A stretch of 14,373 bases of DNA from Verrucomicrobiota bacterium. Its GTDB lineage: Bacteria > Verrucomicrobiota > Lentisphaeria > Lentisphaerales > Lentisphaeraceae. The stretch spans positions 1 through 14,373 of the forward strand of contig JBDKFG010000093.1 of the NCBI GenBank assembly GCA_039798785.1, read 5' to 3'. A program made the translations under genes and the position numbers. Under the pieces are notes generated by a model. It ran no database searches. It was not told the origin of the DNA and worked only from the letters and a program-made list of their open reading frames with translations. Numbering within the stretch: position 1 is the first letter of the stretch; every line of letters begins with the position of its first letter. Positions 8,041 through 14,373 of this stretch are shown piece by piece.

Positions 8041-8070
8041 TTGCATGATGGAGCGCTTTGGGTTTACCTT
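8041..8070 (+). promoter_or_regulatory. Possible sigma70-like promoter of the RAYT gene
   Basis: TTGCAT-N18-TACCTT, followed by an AAGGA SD at 8088..8092. Confidence 0.3.
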
Positions 8071-8101
8071 GAGGCGAGCCGCACCACAAGGAAAACACTT
8101 A

Positions 8102-8659
8102 ATGAATAATCCTCCCGATCAAACACCGAAGCGACACTGGGCGCATGCCCCGGTTCATCATTTCTCTGAAGCCGGGACTTATATCGTCACCGGCAGCACG
8201 CTGTACAAAAAACGACTTTGGAACACGCCCCAAAAGCTCGATGTTTTGGAAAGGGAGTTTTTTGCGCAGGCTGATGAACATGGCATTCAACTGCAAGCCT
8301 GGGCTTTGATGTGCAACCACTATCACACCGTTTTCTTTTCTGCCGATCCAGGCTTGATTCGCCCGTTCTTTACCCGCTTTCATCGCGATACCGCGTCCCT
8401 CTTGAATAAGATGGATGACACGCCTGGTCGCCGAGTCTGGTATCAGTTTTACGACACTCGTCTCACCTTGCAAAAGTCCTATCTGGCTCGTCTCAGTTAT
8501 GTTCACCGAAATCCGGTCAAGCACAAGCTGGTGGCGCAGCCCGAAGAGTATCCGTGGTGCTCGGCTTCTTGGTTGCGCGACAATGCTTCGTCGGCATTCC
8601 GGAACACCCTGGAAAGCTTTACAGGAGAGGGGCTGAACATCTGGGATGATTTTGACTGA
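8102..8659 (+). CDS. REP-associated tyrosine transposase (RAYT/TnpA-REP, Y1 HUH family), 185 aa
   Basis: C-terminal end of ORF 5105..8659, true ATG at 8102: GTYIVT, AWALMCNHYH (HUH), W..FYD, YVHRNPVKH (catalytic Tyr), YPWCS; REP cluster immediately upstream. Confidence 0.88.
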   Translation: MNNPPDQTPKRHWAHAPVHHFSEAGTYIVTGSTLYKKRLWNTPQKLDVLEREFFAQADEHGIQLQAWALMCNHYHTVFFSADPGLIRPFFTRFHRDTASLLNKMDDTPGRRVWYQFYDTRLTLQKSYLARLSYVHRNPVKHKLVAQPEEYPWCSASWLRDNASSAFRNTLESFTGEGLNIWDDFD

Positions 8660-8682
8660 GCTTTCCTCGAGCCCTTGCACCG

Positions 8683-9015
8683 CTACTTGCAGAAAGCCTC
8701 CTGCCAGAGGCGCCACTCGGCGGCGTCCATTTCCCATTCGCAATAGACCGCGACGCCGCGGTAATGAGCCGGCAGAGGTTGGCGTTCCAGGCCGGCGTGG
8801 ATGCCGCGGAATTTCTGCGGCGGCCGCGAATTCTTCTGGAACCACTCGTCGTCGCCGAGCCAGCCATGTTGCAGCCAGAGGCCGTTTTGGCCGCGGTCGT
8901 GAGCTCCGTCGCGGCGCTCGCTTCCCGGCTGCCAGAAGACGTAGAGCAAGGCCGGCAGGCCGAGAAGAAGGGCGAGCAGCAAAGCGAGGCGAAGGATCTG
9001 GCGGCGGGGGGGCAT
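8683..9015 (-). pseudogene. Short membrane-anchored ORF (110 aa), probably an in-frame internally deleted remnant of a longer glycoside-hydrolase-like gene
   Basis: N-terminal TM helix, then DGAHDRGQNGLWLQHGWLG joined almost directly to GIHAGL...YRGVAVYCEWE. As I recall, these segments are the two ends of about 300-aa GH18-like proteins (unverified). ATG 5 nt after the upstream stop. Confidence 0.5.
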
Positions 9016-9020
9016 CCTGC

Positions 9021-11126
9021 TTATTTCTTCGGCTTCAACAGCTCCGGATTGCCGAGGCAGACGCGGTAGAGGCGGCGCCAGGGGTCGACACAATCGCAAT
9101 CGGCGGCCTTTTCGCTGGCTTCAAGGGCTTGCTGCGCTTCCTTAAGCTCCCCTTTGCGCAATTTGGCAAAGCCCTTCCCCAGCTCCCAGGCCGCGTCAGC
9201 GTGCTTCTGCTCCTCGGCGTTCTTCGGGCAGGGCGCGGATTCCAGCCCGGCAAGGCAGGCGGCAAGCTCGCTGTCTTTCGCGGCCTCCGGCCGGGCGGCG
9301 CCGAGAAGATGCTGCAAAAGGAGGCTCAAATCCTTGCCTTCTTCCTCTTGGATCGCGTTGAGGATGGCAACGGCTTCTTCACGGCGGCCGGCGCAAAGAG
9401 TCAGAAGAGCCTTGTCCAGCGACGGCTCTTTCATCACCGGGAGCAGGATGGAGGCGTCAAGCTGCTTCTCCAAACAGACAGAGACCAGGCTCGAGAGGGC
9501 GGGAGAGTCCTCTTTCAAACCGGACACGTCCAGAGTCTTCAGCCAGCTCTGGATCGCGGCGGCATCAGGCTCGATTTTGGCGCCTGCCAGGCGGTCGAGA
9601 AGCCAGTAGCCAAGATCGATGTCAGGAGGCAAGGCTTGGCAGAGACGGCGGACCGCGGCAGACCGCTCGGCCGGCGCTGAAGCGAGGGTTTTTTCCAACA
9701 GCAGAGGAAGGGAGGTCGGAGCACCTTTCAGAGCCACATCGAGATGCGCCGCCGCTCCGGCTTTGCCTAACAGGCTCTCGATCAGATAACGCTGAAAGGC
9801 CTTGTGAACCTCCTCTCCAAGACCGTTGACTTGCTGGTAATACTTCTCGCCTTTATCAAGCTCGGCGATGAATTCAGGGGGCAGGCCCCCTTGAGCGCGC
9901 ATCTGCGCCAAGTCCGGATCCGGCTTGAGGGGCTCCACCTGCAAGGCGGCGAGAGCAAGATCCTTGTCATTGCTTGGGAATAGATACGAAGCAAGGCGTT
10001 GACGCAAGGGATCTCCGTTGCCGAGCAGCGCCTGGGCGACATCCTCATGATAAACTTCATCGGAATCGGACTCCGTCATCTCTTCGCAACGCTGCGCCAG
10101 ATTCTCGATCTTGCCCGCAAGGATGTCCTCGGCAAGAATCCGCCATTTTCCCGCCTGGCCTTCACCGGCCTTGAGTTTTTTCGACTCTGCCGCCAAGCCG
10201 GCTTCGCCCAGGAGGACGAGAGTCTGGCAGAGGATTTCGTCTGCCTCGACAAAGGCATCTTCCGGCAGGGCCTTGAGAGCTTCGATCTTCGCTTTGCGGC
10301 TGTCCGCAAGGACCAAGGGCAGGCTGCGCGACAAAGCAAGGAGATGTCCTCCTTCCGTCTTCATTTTGTCGATCACCGCCTTGTCGGCAAGCAAGAGCTT
10401 GGCCAGTTCGGCGGAGGGTAGGCCTTCGATGTGGGAAAGATGAGGCAGGACGGCTTCGGGCTTCAGCTTGATCAGCAGCTTCAGGAAGCGATTTTCCTGG
10501 GCCAGAGAGGCGCCGGGCTCGACCATGGCCAAGGCTTTCAAAGCCAAGTCCTGGTTGGCGGCGGAGCTGGCCGCCCAGCTGAGCAGTGCGGCACCTTCAT
10601 CAGCAAGCAGAGGGCTGAAGAATCGGGACAGTTTTTCGTCGCGCTCCACTTCACCGACAACCGTGGTGGTAGTGAAGCCCTGATGCTGCTCGATGACTTC
10701 CTCTCCTTCCTCTGCGGCAAAGACTTCAGGCTTCAAATAAGCTTCGGCCAGAAGTAAAGCCGAGGCTCCCTGGCTTTTCACCACCTGCGCCCAGGCCTCT
10801 CCATTGACATGATTCTCGCGCGCCGACTTGATGAAGGCATCGAGTCCGGGCACGTCGACCGGGCTGACCTTGGTTTCGATCTGCTTCCAGAGAGCGGCGC
10901 AATTCGCCGCGACTTCCGGATCGGCATGGGCCATTCCTTTCTGCACTGCGGCACGAGCGTAGAAGCCGAGTTCGAGCAGTTTCCTGCCGGCGTCACGACG
11001 CTGCCGGGCATTTCCGGTTTCGAGAAGACGCACCTGCCCTTCCGCCTCGCTAAAACGGGGATCCTCGGCGGCCGGAGCGCTGCCGCACAGGAAAGTGCTC
11101 AAGATCAGAGACGCTAAGGGGCTCAT
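9021..11126 (-). CDS. Secreted hypothetical alpha-helical (HEAT/TPR-like) protein, about 700 aa
   Basis: Signal peptide MSPLASLILSTFLCGSAPA; HEAT-like N-terminus (RRDAGRKLLELG...DPEVAANC); Ala/Leu/Glu-rich. Start ATG at 11126 (AAGGA upstream) or 11132. Confidence 0.75.
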   Translation of the reverse strand: MSPLASLILSTFLCGSAPAAEDPRFSEAEGQVRLLETGNARQRRDAGRKLLELGFYARAAVQKGMAHADPEVAANCAALWKQIETKVSPVDVPGLDAFIKSARENHVNGEAWAQVVKSQGASALLLAEAYLKPEVFAAEEGEEVIEQHQGFTTTTVVGEVERDEKLSRFFSPLLADEGAALLSWAASSAANQDLALKALAMVEPGASLAQENRFLKLLIKLKPEAVLPHLSHIEGLPSAELAKLLLADKAVIDKMKTEGGHLLALSRSLPLVLADSRKAKIEALKALPEDAFVEADEILCQTLVLLGEAGLAAESKKLKAGEGQAGKWRILAEDILAGKIENLAQRCEEMTESDSDEVYHEDVAQALLGNGDPLRQRLASYLFPSNDKDLALAALQVEPLKPDPDLAQMRAQGGLPPEFIAELDKGEKYYQQVNGLGEEVHKAFQRYLIESLLGKAGAAAHLDVALKGAPTSLPLLLEKTLASAPAERSAAVRRLCQALPPDIDLGYWLLDRLAGAKIEPDAAAIQSWLKTLDVSGLKEDSPALSSLVSVCLEKQLDASILLPVMKEPSLDKALLTLCAGRREEAVAILNAIQEEEGKDLSLLLQHLLGAARPEAAKDSELAACLAGLESAPCPKNAEEQKHADAAWELGKGFAKLRKGELKEAQQALEASEKAADCDCVDPWRRLYRVCLGNPELLKPKK

Positions 11127-11199
11127 GGTCATCCTTGGGTTGACATCGCCACAAGAGAGTGCCAATCTCAAAGCAATACAAGCCCGGCATTTCTGCAGT

Positions 11200-12027
11200 T
11201 CAAGCCCGGGTCTGGGCCAGGACGTTGTAAAACTCCAGGGCGGGGGCCATCGGAATCAGTCCATGCTCCGCCGCCTTGGCGAAGAGGAATCGCAGATCGT
11301 CAAGCTCTTTCGGCCCCCAGGAATAGCGCAGGCGACGAAGATAGGTCAGTGGATCGGCTATGCTGGGATACCGCTGCCGGCACGAGGCTTCCAAGGCCTC
11401 GAGATCGTTAAAGGCCAAGGCGGGTGCAGTCGCCAAGGCCAGACACAGATCCGCGAGTTCCCGGGCATGGAGATCCGTGCGGTCGCGACGCAAAGCGGCG
11501 ACGGCAAAGACCAGAGAACGGTCGAAACGCGCCGCCCAGTCGGCCCCGATGTCGCGGCAATAAGGGAAGCCGGCCGCCGAACTGTTCATCGCCTCGTCGC
11601 CAATGGTCAACACCGCCTGGGCCTGCTTGGGGAAACCAGCGGCAGGATCGTAGCCGTCTAGCGCTCCGGGACGGATGCCTTCTTCAGCCAGCAGAATGGT
11701 CATCGCCGCCACTGAAGTCGCAGATGCGGAGGTGACATGGATCATCCTCCCCTGCAGCTGCTCAAAGGGGACTTTCGACAAAAGCCGGACGCTGTCCACA
11801 TAGCCCGCCGAGGAAAGACAGACCCCTGGCACTAGAAGATAGAGATCCGGATTCTTGCCATACTCCATCGCCGAGATCAAGGACAGATCAAGAGCCCCTG
11901 CCCGCAGAGCGCTGTTCAGCTCGCCAGGACGCCGACTCATCAAATGCCAAGAAGGCCGGGCGTCCCTCTCCAGCGACCAGACGAAGGGAAAAGCGTTCAA
12001 ATAGGAGATCAAGCCAATGTGAAGCAT
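11200..12027 (-). CDS. mqnA: Chorismate dehydratase, futalosine menaquinone pathway
   Basis: IGLISYLNAFP, P.ELN..L..G.LD...IS..EY, S.G.V.SV.L.S, SATSVA, IGDEA motifs; 275 aa. Confidence 0.88.
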   Translation of the reverse strand: MLHIGLISYLNAFPFVWSLERDARPSWHLMSRRPGELNSALRAGALDLSLISAMEYGKNPDLYLLVPGVCLSSAGYVDSVRLLSKVPFEQLQGRMIHVTSASATSVAAMTILLAEEGIRPGALDGYDPAAGFPKQAQAVLTIGDEAMNSSAAGFPYCRDIGADWAARFDRSLVFAVAALRRDRTDLHARELADLCLALATAPALAFNDLEALEASCRQRYPSIADPLTYLRRLRYSWGPKELDDLRFLFAKAAEHGLIPMAPALEFYNVLAQTRA

Positions 12028-12099
12028 GGGAACTCATGGGGTTGAGAGGTGTGACCGATAGCTTAAGCCGCTTTTCAAGCCTCGGCAATCGCCTGGAAT

Positions 12100-13170
12100 T
12101 CAGAACTGATGACCCATGCGATCCCGCTTGACCTCAAGATACCGGCGATTCAAATCGCTCGGGGGAATGACATGAGGCCGGCGTCCGGCAATCTCAATGC
12201 CGTACTCCTCCAGCCCTTCGATCTTCGCCGGATTGTTGCTGAGCAGCTGGATCCGGCGCATGCCGAGAAGTTCAAGGATCTGAGCTCCGATAAGATAGTC
12301 GCGAGCATCCTCAGGCATGCCGACAGCCAAGTTCGCATCGACCGTGTCAAGGCCATGGACCTGCTGCAGGTAATAAGCCTGTAACTTCGCCTTCAGCCCG
12401 ATGCCGCGCCCTTCCTGGCGGAGATAGATCAAGGCGCCGCGGCCCGCCGCGGCCACCGCCGCAAGCCCCTGCGCCAGCTGATCCCCACAATCGCACAGCA
12501 AAGAACCGAATACATGGCCAGTGAGACATTCGCTCTCGATCCGCACCAAGGCGGGTTCCCCCTCGCCCTTAGCCGGACCGGTGGCGACAAAAGCCCAGTG
12601 ATAACGACGGTCGACCTCAGAATAAAATGAATGTAGATCGAATTCCCCCTGCAACAAAGAGACCCTGGTCACCCCGGTCAAGGCAATCAAATGGGGGTTG
12701 TAGACCCGCCAACGCCGGACTTCATCTGCAGTCACTGACAAGACGCCGTCCGCCTCGCCGCGCTCAATTCCGCTGAGAATGAAGGAGCCGCCAATCTCCA
12801 AACGGCTGAGCAGCTCCAGTTGACGCGCCTCAGAACTGTCGTTTTTCAACAAGTCCCGGCCATCAACCAGACGCAAAGGAATCAAGTCGGGACCGCTCGG
12901 CATCCTGCCGGCCGCCAAATCTGCGAAGGCCACTAACAAACCCGCTACGCTAGCTTCGCACTTCAGAACCGCAGGAACCGGCCCTGGCCAGGCAAGTGCG
13001 TCAGCGACAAGCTCCAGGGTCGAACAATGATCAAGAATCTGCTTCAAGCCTTCTGCCCCGGCTGTCGCGCTCGCCACCACCAGTTGACGGCGATCACCGT
13101 TGACCAAGCGCAGACAGCGGCCTTCCTGAAGCTGCTGCAGACTGTCGCGACACTTGCTCTCCAAATTCAT
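12100..13170 (-). CDS. ribA: GTP cyclohydrolase II with a degenerate N-terminal DHBP-synthase-like domain
   Basis: SECLTGHVFGSLLCDCG (three Zn-binding Cys), YLRQEGRGIGL..KLQAYYLQ, DARDY..GAQIL, LLSNNPAK, YL..K..RMGH. Confidence 0.88.
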   Translation of the reverse strand: MNLESKCRDSLQQLQEGRCLRLVNGDRRQLVVASATAGAEGLKQILDHCSTLELVADALAWPGPVPAVLKCEASVAGLLVAFADLAAGRMPSGPDLIPLRLVDGRDLLKNDSSEARQLELLSRLEIGGSFILSGIERGEADGVLSVTADEVRRWRVYNPHLIALTGVTRVSLLQGEFDLHSFYSEVDRRYHWAFVATGPAKGEGEPALVRIESECLTGHVFGSLLCDCGDQLAQGLAAVAAAGRGALIYLRQEGRGIGLKAKLQAYYLQQVHGLDTVDANLAVGMPEDARDYLIGAQILELLGMRRIQLLSNNPAKIEGLEEYGIEIAGRRPHVIPPSDLNRRYLEVKRDRMGHQF

Positions 13171-14147
13171 CAGAAGCTCTCCTGTGCAACAAGCTCAAGC
13201 CCGTAGCACGCGAGACGCGAAGCGTCGACCGGCGCATTGTTGAGAAGCTTGATCTTGCGGATGCCCAGATCGCGAAGGATCTGTGCGCCAATGCCAAAGC
13301 TCATGTGCTCCGGCGCCAAAGTGCGGATCTGTCCTTTCTCAATCCAAAAGTCGCACGGACGCTGGCCATGGCGGAACAAAGCGCTGTGAACCGCCTGCTC
13401 CGGTGTGTTGCGCAAGAAGATGATGGCCCCGGGCTCGCCTGAAGATGCGATCCGCTCCATCGCCCGATTTAAACTGGACCCGTCCTCATGGGCCAGGCGA
13501 TTGACGATGTTGGCTACCGACCACTCGCTGTGGACCCTGACCGTCACCACTTGATCTTCAGCAAATCCGTCGCCACCGCTCGTCAGCGCCAAATCGATGC
13601 CGCGTGCCGGATCGAAATGAGTCGAGTAGACCTGGAGACGGAAATTCCCGTAGGCAGTCGGCATGTTGACACTGTTGATCCGGGACACCAGACTTTCATT
13701 CCTCAGTCGATGCTCAATCACATCCGTCACGGCACACGATGGATATCCGGGATTTTGAGAAACCTCCACGGCCAGCCCTTTCGGAACGCCACAAGCGAGC
13801 CTGCACAAATCGGCTGCAGCTGCCGCCACAGAGTCCTGGATCAGGCATCCGCCCTGGGGAATTTCCAAGGTCGACAACAGGTCGAGTCCGGCCGGCAGAT
13901 GGCCGGAAGACCAAAGCCTCAACGCCATCGTCAAGTTGAAATCATCAGGAAGCAGGGCCTGGTCCCTTCCCCGCGTCAACTCCGCTCCGATCAAGATCAA
14001 ATCCCCTCTCCGCCGCAATTCTGCGACCCATTCAGGCTGCGCCAAATGTGGCAAAAGAAAAACAAAACCCTCGCCGTCTATCCTTGATCCCACAAACACA
14101 GGCTTGCCTGTATTGATGATCTCAAGTATCTCGATGAGGGTTTTCAT
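13170..14147 (-). CDS. RibBA-like protein with both domains apparently catalytically degenerate, 325 aa
   Basis: RibBA scaffold (ADLCRLA, MPTAYGNF, VRVHSE, FGIGAQILRDLGIRKIKLLNN) but no Zn-Cys triad, no QEGRG, and no DEDRENEGD/GHTE. True ATG at 14147; the longer ORF runs through the tRNA. Confidence 0.8.
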   Translation of the reverse strand: MKTLIEILEIINTGKPVFVGSRIDGEGFVFLLPHLAQPEWVAELRRRGDLILIGAELTRGRDQALLPDDFNLTMALRLWSSGHLPAGLDLLSTLEIPQGGCLIQDSVAAAAADLCRLACGVPKGLAVEVSQNPGYPSCAVTDVIEHRLRNESLVSRINSVNMPTAYGNFRLQVYSTHFDPARGIDLALTSGGDGFAEDQVVTVRVHSEWSVANIVNRLAHEDGSSLNRAMERIASSGEPGAIIFLRNTPEQAVHSALFRHGQRPCDFWIEKGQIRTLAPEHMSFGIGAQILRDLGIRKIKLLNNAPVDASRLACYGLELVAQESF

Positions 14148-14158
14148 GTATGATTTCC

Positions 14159-14234
<76 letters not shown>

Positions 14235-14283
14235 TGAGAGAGAAGCGCCATAATCCCATTTCTGAGATTAAGGCAAAAATAAA

Positions 14284-14373
14284 GGCTGGCAGCTACCTAC
14301 TCTTCCACGATCTTCACGCAGTACCATCGGCGCCAGGGCCCTTTACTTCCGAGTTCGGAATGGGATCGGGTGT
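14284..14373 (-). rRNA. rrf: 5S rRNA, 3' part (truncated by the window edge; 3' boundary approximate)
   Basis: The reverse complement contains CCGATCCCATTCCGAACTCGGAAGTAAAG...CGCCGATGGTACTG...GAGTAGGTAGCTGCCAG, canonical bacterial 5S. Confidence 0.95.

Noticed and set aside
5105..8659. 1184-aa + strand ORF appearing as a giant transposase fusion
   Set aside because: It is the antisense shadow of the GC-rich 839-aa gene running through the REP cluster. Only 8102..8659, with its own SD and ATG, looks like a real protein.

Overview
GC-rich bacterial window, probably from a PVC-superphylum organism (Lentisphaerota/Verrucomicrobiota-like; inferred from gene content, not proven). Nearly all genes are on the minus strand. 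Right part: 3' end of a 5S rRNA, tRNA-Thr(GGT), two tandem RibBA-derived paralogs (one apparently dead in both domains, one with an intact GTP cyclohydrolase II), mqnA, a 700-aa helical protein and a short, probably internally deleted gene. Middle: a + strand REP-associated tyrosine transposase (RAYT) preceded by a nested REP/REPIN-like inverted-repeat cluster. Left part: a secreted-protein/carbohydrate locus (839-aa unknown, GH29 fucosidase, prepilin-type protein, FAD-dependent oxidoreductase) interrupted by an AT-rich SMI1/KNR4 gene. The main unannotated signal is an identical bipartite motif, GCTGTAAGATC-N15-CTAGCTCTT, upstream of two separate transcription units, which suggests a shared alternative (ECF-type) sigma promoter. 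Family calls rest on motif recognition only; no searches were run.
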